DNA of 25,211 bases from a virus (taxonomy: Duplodnaviria > Caudoviricetes): positions 1 to 25,211 of IMG/VR virus record IMGVR_UViG_3300033562_001026; one strand, written 5' to 3'. The position numbers and the translations under genes are program-made. Positions 9,729-17,442 of the stretch are shown here, in pieces. How positions within the stretch are numbered: the first letter of the stretch is position 1; the number at the start of each line of letters is the position of its first letter. Under the pieces are notes generated by a model. That model saw nothing but the letters and a program-made list of their open reading frames with translations. It did no database searches and was not told where the DNA came from.

Positions 9729-9817
9729 ATATATTTTAAAAAGCCAGTCCTATGCAACCTCTTCCAATGAGAAGGAAAAGTGACATGTTATGTTAATGAA
9801 CTTTTTATTAAGTCATG

Positions 9818-9848
9818 CAAATATAAAACATATTTTCATATTTACAAA
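9818..9848 (-). promoter_or_regulatory. Bacteroidota-type primary-sigma promoter for the tRNA unit
   Basis: TTTG (9845-9848), 19-nt spacer, TATATTTG (9818-9825): matches TTTG-N19-21-TAnnTTTG. Confidence 0.7.
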
Positions 9849-9908
9849 TAAGTCTGGAAAAATAAATACTAAAGATTTTACAAAAAGTTATGATTTTATG
9901 TAAAAAAT

Positions 9909-12900
9909 TTAACCACTTTTCGTAACTTGTTGATTTTTACGCTCCTTCTTCAACATTTCATGTACACTTCTATTCTCAAAAATAATTTCATCTGGGTTTA
10001 ATAATCGTTTTTCAACCTCTGATATACTTCGATTATTTTCCATTAAAGGACTTTTAACTGCCTCATTAATCTCATTAATTCGATTATCAACTGGAATATT
10101 CACTACAGAAGGAACATCATTTATTGTTACTTCTGGTAAAGATTCAACTTCCTCACGAGTAAACGTTTCACCCGTCCAATCCAATACACCCTCACTTACT
10201 CCCTCACTTACTCCCTCATTTACATTTAAATCTAATATATTATCAGTATTATTATCACTATAGAATTCCAGTAGTTCTGCTTCTCTCACAGTTTCTGTAA
10301 CAAAATCAACCAATTCATTTACTTCTCGACTACTTAAATCAGTTCTATTTGTACTGAAATGCATGTTTACGATTTCAGCATCACTTACAGCATCATCAGA
10401 TATTCTACTTTCAGTTTGTTCTTCAATTAAAGGAGTTTCAGTAACTTGTGTTAGTGGTTTATTGTTTTGTTCGGCAAATTTTTTAGCCATATCTTCCAAT
10501 ATAACATCCCGTATTGTTGGTACTTCATTAATTGTTTCATCATTAATTTTACTAAAAGATTCACTAACTGCAACATGAAATTTATTTGCAGTACTTTCAA
10601 TTTTACTTATATCTACTTCATCGTGATGTTTTTGACCTTTATACATTTTAACCGACTTATATCTATCGTCTTCAATTCTGATTTCCATTGTATCATTATT
10701 GAATACACAATCAGTAAATGTTTGTCCATCTTGTGCAAACCTCGCTTTAATAATTCTGATATTTGCAAGACTTGCTTCTTTTTGTTCTGGTGTTTTAGCT
10801 ACACTCATGAAAAAGTGTGCCTTTTGTATTCGCTTGATACTACCACCACTTTGGTGTGCTTCAACAAATTCTGCATCAAATCCAGAACGGTTACTCTGAA
10901 TCGCAGTCCATGATGGAATATCAAAATCAGAAGCAAGTGTCTCAAAACCTTTGATAATTGCAAGTTCAGCTTCATTTCTATCAGGTGTCTTTTTATGTGA
11001 TTCCAGACAATCAAGATAATCCAATACAAGTATGTCAAATTTGAATCCCCACTTCTTTTGATGACTGAGCATCCAATTCTTAACATCTTTTATTGTAGTA
11101 TCTTCCTGACTAAATCTTTTAATAACAAGTCTACCTTTACCTTTCAGTGTTTCTACTTTTGCATGTACTCTTTCTTTTACTTTTTCATTTTCAATATCGT
11201 CATCAATTTTACTTAACGGTATACCTGACCAAATAGCATAATGCTTACGTTTAATTTGGTCTTTAGTATCTTCAAATATTACTTGTGCTACATTATATTC
11301 TTGTTCATATGCAGTATTTGCAATTTTTGTAAGCAGTGTTGTATTATGTGTTAATATATAGTCATCAATCACATAGAGATGGTCATCATTTTCAACATAT
11401 ATACAAGTTGCATCTTCTTCATGTGAATACTCAATATTTTTTATAAATTTATTATATTCATATTTATCACGAATAACAACTCTATCTAACTTAGCTGGTA
11501 ATGTACATGAAATTATACCATTATTTGGGAAACTAATTGTTAATGTATAATTTAATTTACCAGAAACCTTAATATTATTACTATTAGTATATGTCTTAAA
11601 CTTCTCATTAACTCTACAAGTACCACCCAAAGATAATACTAACTCTCTCACATTTTCAGACAATTTTTTTGAAACTGTTGAATAGATGATAGCACTATTT
11701 TTACCAACACCTCCATCAGAATCAATTAAGCCTTGTAATAATTTTTCTCTATATTCAACACAATTATGTAAATAAACTTCAGGAATAAACTTAGTACTTG
11801 AATCAGTACCATACAAACCCAATTCATCACCTAAAAATACCCCCATAACATATGGGTCTATTTTAACTTCAGTTTTATTAAATTGAACTGGTGATACATT
11901 TGGTAACATATAATTTAAACCGTTTTTCAATTTAAAATCTTCAAGCATTTCAGATGTTTTCAATATCTGAAATGTGTGGTCAGGTATACTTAATGTTTTA
12001 CCATCAATATTTGTTTTTTGATTTCTTTGTTTAAATGAATTTACTGCCCACAAATGTTCTAAATCACAATATGATGTAGTTTGGTCAGAAAATGTAATTT
12101 TATATATTTTTCTTTTACCTTGGGAATATACACCCAAAATTTTCTGTGATTTACCATCACTACCAAATACATAATCATTTACCTTTAATGTACCATTTTC
12201 AACCCAACCATTTGGTGTCAATACTTTATGACTATTAGGTAAGGCTTTCCCAACCCCTGAAGGTGTTAACACAACTCCAATTTCTCCCTTACCTAAACCA
12301 CCTCCAGTTAATGCATCAATTACTTCAACACCAGTTGGAATAGTTTTTCTAAATTCTTTTCTTAGTGCTTTATCAATGCCTTCAGTTACTTCTTCACAAT
12401 CATCTTCTTCTTCACCAATATGTGTAATTTTTTGAAACTTATCTTCGATTGAAAATAGTTCATGTTTATTTCTTATCGCACCACTTTTAACTTTATCAAT
12501 AATTCCTTCAGCTAATTTTCTATATTCCTGTTGTTTAATAAAACTATTTGTAGCTTTTTGCACAATTTCACCATCATGCAACATTTGCTTGTTAATAATT
12601 CTTTCATTCCACAACTCAACACGTTTAAGCACACCAAAGAGTGTTTCCTCTTCAATTAAATTGTTTGGTGTTTTATACTTGTTAATTGCCTGTTGAATAC
12701 TTTGGTTCTGAAGATTAGGAACTTTATCATATTCCTTAAAATATTCGGTAATTATAATGAATAACCTTTTGAGATTAGGGTCATCAAAATATTCAATAGC
12801 TAAATTCGGTATGGTTTTTTCTGCAAATTCTGGTTCAACCAGTAATTGCCACATTAATTTCAATTGAAATTGAGGACCTAAATACGCAGTTAACGTATTT

Positions 12901-12917
12901 TCATTTAATTCGTTCAT
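9909..12917 (-). CDS. dnaB: Replicative DnaB-like (SF4, T4 gp41-like) helicase with intein and long acidic C-terminal extension
   Basis: IPTGVEVIDALTGGGLGKGEIGVVLTPSGVGK/T Walker A split by the intein; ILVLDYLD Walker B; WTAIQSNR; IIKARF arginine-finger region. Confidence 0.92.
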   Translation of the reverse strand: MNELNENTLTAYLGPQFQLKLMWQLLVEPEFAEKTIPNLAIEYFDDPNLKRLFIIITEYFKEYDKVPNLQNQSIQQAINKYKTPNNLIEEETLFGVLKRVELWNERIINKQMLHDGEIVQKATNSFIKQQEYRKLAEGIIDKVKSGAIRNKHELFSIEDKFQKITHIGEEEDDCEEVTEGIDKALRKEFRKTIPTGVEVIDALTGGGLGKGEIGVVLTPSGVGKALPNSHKVLTPNGWVENGTLKVNDYVFGSDGKSQKILGVYSQGKRKIYKITFSDQTTSYCDLEHLWAVNSFKQRNQKTNIDGKTLSIPDHTFQILKTSEMLEDFKLKNGLNYMLPNVSPVQFNKTEVKIDPYVMGVFLGDELGLYGTDSSTKFIPEVYLHNCVEYREKLLQGLIDSDGGVGKNSAIIYSTVSKKLSENVRELVLSLGGTCRVNEKFKTYTNSNNIKVSGKLNYTLTISFPNNGIISCTLPAKLDRVVIRDKYEYNKFIKNIEYSHEEDATCIYVENDDHLYVIDDYILTHNTTLLTKIANTAYEQEYNVAQVIFEDTKDQIKRKHYAIWSGIPLSKIDDDIENEKVKERVHAKVETLKGKGRLVIKRFSQEDTTIKDVKNWMLSHQKKWGFKFDILVLDYLDCLESHKKTPDRNEAELAIIKGFETLASDFDIPSWTAIQSNRSGFDAEFVEAHQSGGSIKRIQKAHFFMSVAKTPEQKEASLANIRIIKARFAQDGQTFTDCVFNNDTMEIRIEDDRYKSVKMYKGQKHHDEVDISKIESTANKFHVAVSESFSKINDETINEVPTIRDVILEDMAKKFAEQNNKPLTQVTETPLIEEQTESRISDDAVSDAEIVNMHFSTNRTDLSSREVNELVDFVTETVREAELLEFYSDNNTDNILDLNVNEGVSEGVSEGVLDWTGETFTREEVESLPEVTINDVPSVVNIPVDNRINEINEAVKSPLMENNRSISEVEKRLLNPDEIIFENRSVHEMLKKERKNQQVTKSG
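10189..10224. repeat. 12-bp tandem repeat x3 (ccctcacttact twice, ccctcatttaca once), encoding V(N/S)EG
   Basis: Read directly in the helicase C-terminal tail (VNEGVSEGVSEGV). Confidence 0.8.
11343..12245 (-). mobile_element. Intein (301 aa, residues 225-525), class-3 type, with degenerate LAGLIDADG endonuclease
   Basis: GK|ALPNSHKVLTPNGW ... EHLW ... ATCIYV ... ILTHN|T. Ala1 plus W-C-T triad; LQGLIDSDG motif retained. Confidence 0.9.
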
Positions 12918-12935
12918 TATGGAATGTAGATATAG

Positions 12936-12979
12936 TTGGGACGAACACTATTTTTAAATAAAAACAATATTCGTCCCAA
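12936..12979 (-). promoter_or_regulatory. 20-bp RNA hairpin upstream of the helicase gene
   Basis: Minus strand TTGGGACGAA-TATTGTTTTT-ATTT-AAAAATAGTG-TTCGTCCCAA; three G.U pairs; no U tract. Confidence 0.7.
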
Positions 12980-12984
12980 TAAGA

Positions 12985-13626
12985 TTAGTTGTGTCTGAGC
13001 CTTCTCAGCATTTCATTTCTATTGATTGGAGAAAGTTCTCTGATTTGATTAATTGAGAGACCTCTGATGTTAATCAAATCATAATCATCCCACATGTTTT
13101 TAATGTCGCTCTTTTTTATTTTATTTTCTATTGCATCTGCAATTTCTACTACTGCATCTACAACATCTACTGACCATCTTGCCACAGGATTAAACCCATC
13201 GACATAGAAAATTCTTTCTACAATTGGTTTGTCGTTTATATATAAACCAATTTTACATTCGACACCACGAATTGTTTTTTCTTCAATTTTCTGTGTAATC
13301 ATTTGTGGATTATAGCGCATATCGTCCCGATATTGATTAGGATATGCATTTACCATTTTTCTATGGTACGCATAGAGGTCATAAAATGTTTGTTCAGAAT
13401 CTACAATAGTTTGGTCGATTCTACCTGTCGGAACAGCAACATCGTAGCTTCTTTTCGACAAAACCTTTTGTAATTTGGTGATACCCTGTGGCAAAATATC
13501 CCTGATATCTATCGAATACCTTGTATATGGGTTAAATTGGTCGGCATTGAATATTTTTTCACACAATAATACATCTCCTTGTGATAAGGAAAATCTAAAT
13601 TGATTGTTATATTCTTTTTCACTCAT
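12985..13626 (-). CDS. Hypothetical protein (213 aa) in the replication module
   Basis: Long ORF between exonuclease and helicase with its own putative promoter; internal two-fold similarity (LLCEKIFNADQFNPYTRYSIDI vs PIVERIFYVDGFNPVARWSVDV). Confidence 0.75.
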   Translation of the reverse strand: MSEKEYNNQFRFSLSQGDVLLCEKIFNADQFNPYTRYSIDIRDILPQGITKLQKVLSKRSYDVAVPTGRIDQTIVDSEQTFYDLYAYHRKMVNAYPNQYRDDMRYNPQMITQKIEEKTIRGVECKIGLYINDKPIVERIFYVDGFNPVARWSVDVVDAVVEIADAIENKIKKSDIKNMWDDYDLINIRGLSINQIRELSPINRNEMLRRLRHN

Positions 13627-13657
13627 TTTGATTATTATTAAATTGTTAATACTTTTA

Positions 13658-13688
13658 CAAATATATATAGAATACCTTAAATATGAAA
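13658..13688 (-). promoter_or_regulatory. Putative Bacteroidota-type promoter
   Basis: TATATTTG at 13658-13665; TTTC (one mismatch to TTTG) 19 nt upstream. Confidence 0.5.
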
Positions 13689-13695
13689 GGATTTT

Positions 13696-14754
13696 TTATA
13701 ACTGTTTGTGATTATTTTTAATATATTCTGTAAGTAATTGTTTTTCATTCATTATGATTGTATAAAAAGGTTCAACATATTGGACAAACGTACTACCATA
13801 TACTGAAAGAAAATCATCTTCATTCATCATTTTTAATAAATTATTACTACCTCTACCATCAGGTGATAATGGTATTTCCAATTGTTTTAGTTCTTCCCTT
13901 GCTTGTTCGTTAAGCATCGGCTCTCTAAGATTAACTAATTTAAAATTAGTTTTTAGTCTTTCAACACCTTCTGGACTAATGAGGTTCTGAAGTGCTTTTA
14001 ATGGTTTCATTTTATTTAGAACCCGTTCTTGATTTATTTCATCAGCACGTCTACAAATATCCCTAACACTCAAATGCTTAAATTTTAATTCTGGAAAATG
14101 TTCCAATAATGTTTTTTCTCCCATTCCAGCAATGCCTTTTATATTATCTGCAGTATCTCCACAAATAATTTTCAATATCAATGCATTGCTGTAATGGTGA
14201 TTGAAATGCATGATATAATTGGTTTTATTAACTGGTTGGTTAATATTTGGAAATATAATTGTTATATTTAAATCTAATAATTGAGCAAAATCACGGTCAT
14301 TACTAAATAAAACCAATTCTTCTTTGTTGTTGTGTTCGAGGCAATATGCTGCTATTAGGTCATCAGCCTCAATATCATCACATTCGATTTGTCTAATAAA
14401 GAGATTTTCAATATAATTCTTAATACTTATACGGTTTTTTAATATCGATTCTTCTTTTTCTTCTTCTCTGCGTATTTCAACAGCACTCATTTCAATTTTC
14501 TTATACCATTCTTTGTTTTTCCTATTACTTTTATAAGCAATATCAATCCTGTGTCGCATTACACCGCCATTCTGACCATCCCAGAAAATGATTACTTTGT
14601 TAGACATATGTTGTTTAACTAACATGCGCAAAGTGGTCATGAATTGATATAGACACCCAATATTTCCATAATTAGTTGTATAAGTATTTTTTGCCCCATG
14701 AAAGGAACGTTTTAATAAATAATTGGCATCAATTAAAAGTGTACGAGTTTTCAT
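13696..14754 (-). CDS. 5'-3' exonuclease / flap endonuclease (T4 RNase H / PolI N-terminal family)
   Basis: LLIDANYL, IFWDG, YKSNR, EADDLIA, SNDRDFAQL and GDTADNIKGIAGMGEKT (H3TH) motifs. Confidence 0.92.
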   Translation of the reverse strand: MKTRTLLIDANYLLKRSFHGAKNTYTTNYGNIGCLYQFMTTLRMLVKQHMSNKVIIFWDGQNGGVMRHRIDIAYKSNRKNKEWYKKIEMSAVEIRREEEKEESILKNRISIKNYIENLFIRQIECDDIEADDLIAAYCLEHNNKEELVLFSNDRDFAQLLDLNITIIFPNINQPVNKTNYIMHFNHHYSNALILKIICGDTADNIKGIAGMGEKTLLEHFPELKFKHLSVRDICRRADEINQERVLNKMKPLKALQNLISPEGVERLKTNFKLVNLREPMLNEQAREELKQLEIPLSPDGRGSNNLLKMMNEDDFLSVYGSTFVQYVEPFYTIIMNEKQLLTEYIKNNHKQL

Positions 14755-14852
14755 TTATATCTCGATGCTCCTAAACCACCACGTTTACTTTTGTATTTTA
14801 ATGCAATTTCTTTGCATCTATCATATGTCCAATAACCTCTATAATGTCTCAT
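14751..14852 (-). pseudogene. 33-codon mini-ORF, probable homing endonuclease remnant, overlapping the exonuclease start (ATGA)
   Basis: MRHYRGYWTYDRCKEIALKYKSKRGGLGASRYK*. The YWTxxRCKExALKY repeat and GGLG motif resemble, from memory, the two flanks of a phage GIY-YIG endonuclease family. Confidence 0.5.
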
Positions 14853-14861
14853 AATAAATAT

Positions 14862-14889
14862 TGGCGAGTAACTTATGTGTTACTCGCCA
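14862..14889 (-). promoter_or_regulatory. Perfect 11-bp hairpin after recA (terminator or translational control)
   Basis: tggcgagtaac-ttatgt-gttactcgcca, followed on the minus strand by ATATTTATT and the mini-ORF ATG. Confidence 0.65.
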
Positions 14890-14900
14890 GTTTAACTTAA

Positions 14901-16037
14901 TTATTCCTGAATATCGAAAGTATTTCTTTCAATTAAATCATCCGCAAACGATGTGTTTCCATCACCATCCATTGCTTTACTTTTAAATTCAATATCGTCT
15001 GCAGTTATACTATCATCCTCAAATCGATTACGGAAGTACAAAATATTTTCTTTTTTATATGCATTTTCGTGTTCAGTATCACCATAAATAAATCCATGTG
15101 GTGTTGAGATAATCTTACCTTCCAGTGAAATACCACCCCATTCACCATCAATATGATTTTTAGCAATATTAACTTTATTCTCAAAACCATAATTAAGGTC
15201 ACGTTTCTTACTTGTTGCACTAATTCTTCGAGTTCCGTGAGTAATTATTCCACCAAAATGATAAATAAGTCTTGCACCAAAAAACCATGCCTCACCACCT
15301 TTATGTTTAATTACTTTATTCATTGCATCATACCAAACTTTCTGAACAGCAGCAACTGTAATAAAATATTCACTATCGACTTTTCTACTATCAGGTACTG
15401 TATTATTTAACATTGACATAAATGATTTCTCGTATCCAGCTGCGTTCCATTGGTTATTGTCCGAGTCGTTCTTTTCCAGTGCATTAACAGTTTTCGTACA
15501 GTTTAATGTACCAATAGAATCAATTGCAAACATAATATTATACGGTAGATTTCCAGACTTTTGTTGGTCAATGAAATAATACATACATTTAGCCATATCT
15601 TCAATACTTGCTTCCTTCCTATCCTTATCGTTTGGTTTACCAAAATTATCAAGAAGATATTTATTATTAATCAAGATATAATCGCCATTCCAGTCAAATC
15701 CCATCAATGTCAAACGTTTATTACCAACATCAATATTATTTTCTGTGTCAATAATAATTGGTAAGTCACCTGCCTTTTGAGCACTAACAATTACACGCAT
15801 CAATGCTGTCGATTTACCAGTATTACTATAACCACGGAAAAGCGTTACATATCCCTTGGGAAGTCCCGGTAGACCTGTTGCTTCTCTCAAACCTTCATCA
15901 ATCAGTAACCATTCAAGAGGTTTCGATGGAACGTCTTGTGCACCAACTTTTTTCTTAAATTCATCAAGACTAAAATTTTTTTTAGGTGTTGGTTTTCGTA
16001 CCGCATTATTGCTCGGCACATCAATTTTCTTTGTCAT
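14901..16037 (-). CDS. recA: RecA/UvsX-like recombinase
   Basis: GLPKGYVTLFRGYSNTGKST Walker A, IDTE, AIDSIG Walker B, KGGEA. Confidence 0.9.
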   Translation of the reverse strand: MTKKIDVPSNNAVRKPTPKKNFSLDEFKKKVGAQDVPSKPLEWLLIDEGLREATGLPGLPKGYVTLFRGYSNTGKSTALMRVIVSAQKAGDLPIIIDTENNIDVGNKRLTLMGFDWNGDYILINNKYLLDNFGKPNDKDRKEASIEDMAKCMYYFIDQQKSGNLPYNIMFAIDSIGTLNCTKTVNALEKNDSDNNQWNAAGYEKSFMSMLNNTVPDSRKVDSEYFITVAAVQKVWYDAMNKVIKHKGGEAWFFGARLIYHFGGIITHGTRRISATSKKRDLNYGFENKVNIAKNHIDGEWGGISLEGKIISTPHGFIYGDTEHENAYKKENILYFRNRFEDDSITADDIEFKSKAMDGDGNTSFADDLIERNTFDIQE

Positions 16038-16064
16038 ATATATTTTTTTAATTTAAATTAGTGT

Positions 16065-16091
16065 AAAAAAGGGGGTGATAAACCCCCTTTT
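16065..16091 (-). terminator. Rho-independent terminator after ssb
   Basis: aaaaaa-gggggt-gataa-accccc-tttt. Confidence 0.75.
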
Positions 16092-16111
16092 ATTTTTTAC
16101 TTAGTTATGCC

Positions 16112-17323
16112 TCAGAACGGCAAATCATCGTAGTTGTCACCCAAGTTACCTTCAACATCAGAAGTTTCTTCTTCATCAGTTAATGTTTCTGCGAGTACTT
16201 CTGCACCAACATCACTTGCATTATCGGTATATACACCTACTTTTGATTCAGTTATATTACTGATAGTAACACGTGGAGTTTCAAACTCATCCAAATCTGA
16301 TGCTTGTTCGAAATCCTCATCATCTGTTGCATCAAGATTACGTGTACGAGTATTTGCAGCTTCTTCCAAGTCAGGACGACCCGGGAACACCCAACGCTTG
16401 TTGTTCTGGTCAGTATCATCCCAATATGGGTTGCTACCATTCGCAGTTGCTTCAAGAAATTCGTAAGGTGGCATGCCCGGTGCTTGTTTCGGCTTAAACA
16501 CATCTCTCCAAATAACATCATCATCAAGCCATTGTTTTGCAACAATTGGGTCGGCATGAAGTGGTGATTTACCACGATAAGTAATTGCAGAAATTGTTTT
16601 ATACACATGACCATTGAATTCGCTGTCGGTCATAATGATACTTAAATCAGTACCATTTTGTGCATCACTAAAATCAGCCTGATGAACCGTCATATATTCT
16701 TCCAAGATTGGGAGAAGTTTGTCGAGAGTTCCCTGATTTTTGTAATTGTGTTTAAATCTCCAGAATTTCACACCATCTTTTTCACTACCTTTGTCAATAC
16801 CACGAACAATGTAAAATTTCTTGGCTTCCCATTTAATGGCTTCCTTGTAAATTTCATCATTTTTGGCTTTGATTTCAAGTTGCTGTGCAGACATGTTTTC
16901 CTTCTTGATACTTTTTAACGACTGGTCTTGTCTTGCAAGAAGTTTTTTGTGTTTAGCACAAAGTGGACATGGTGCAGGAATCATAATTTGATTTCCATTC
17001 CCATCTAATGCAGGTTTACCATCGACCATTTTAGGAACTTTAGCGTCATTATGCGTAGGGCAGTATATGACAGTACCGTGTTTTTTCTTTCCACCTGCAG
17101 CATTGGTTGTGACAACATGGAAGAAAGCTTCTTCAATGTGTTTCCTACCAGCTTTTGGAGGAAGAATCCTAAATAATTCTTTGGTTTTTCGAGGAACGAA
17201 ATACTTTGCCAGTATGTCCTCACGTGATTTCCTTGTTGTTGATTGATTTTGTTTCTTTTGATAGTCCGAAAACATAGACTTTAATTGTGACAGGTCTTGT
17301 CCTGTCTGATTTTGATTTTCCAT
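16112..17323 (-). CDS. ssb: Single-stranded DNA-binding protein, T4 gp32-like (likely ATG at 17323)
   Basis: FRILPP, CPTH...CPLC putative Zn site, GVKFWRF, D..NGTDL, acidic tail ending DDLPF; adjacent to recA. Confidence 0.82.
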   Translation of the reverse strand: MENQNQTGQDLSQLKSMFSDYQKKQNQSTTRKSREDILAKYFVPRKTKELFRILPPKAGRKHIEEAFFHVVTTNAAGGKKKHGTVIYCPTHNDAKVPKMVDGKPALDGNGNQIMIPAPCPLCAKHKKLLARQDQSLKSIKKENMSAQQLEIKAKNDEIYKEAIKWEAKKFYIVRGIDKGSEKDGVKFWRFKHNYKNQGTLDKLLPILEEYMTVHQADFSDAQNGTDLSIIMTDSEFNGHVYKTISAITYRGKSPLHADPIVAKQWLDDDVIWRDVFKPKQAPGMPPYEFLEATANGSNPYWDDTDQNNKRWVFPGRPDLEEAANTRTRNLDATDDEDFEQASDLDEFETPRVTISNITESKVGVYTDNASDVGAEVLAETLTDEEETSDVEGNLGDNYDDLPF

Positions 17324-17376
17324 TTTCAATAGATTTTTACAGTAAAGTTATTTTTCAATTATAAAAAATTGTGCTA

Positions 17377-17408
17377 CAAATATAGCCTTCATTCTACATA
17401 AATACAAG
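17377..17408 (-). promoter_or_regulatory. Bacteroidota-type promoter for ssb overlapping a GTATTTAT motif (17398-17405)
   Basis: CTTG (17405-17408), 20-nt spacer, TATATTTG (17377-17384). Confidence 0.6.
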
Positions 17409-17442
17409 AGTTTTTAAAAATAATTATACTCTTTTTCAGTTT

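Noticed and set aside
9500-9757. 85-aa minus-strand ORF
   Set aside because: Runs through the tRNA gene; no protein-like features.
10189-10224. CRISPR-like array
   Set aside because: Only a 12-bp in-frame coding repeat without spacers; no repeat-spacer array seen elsewhere.
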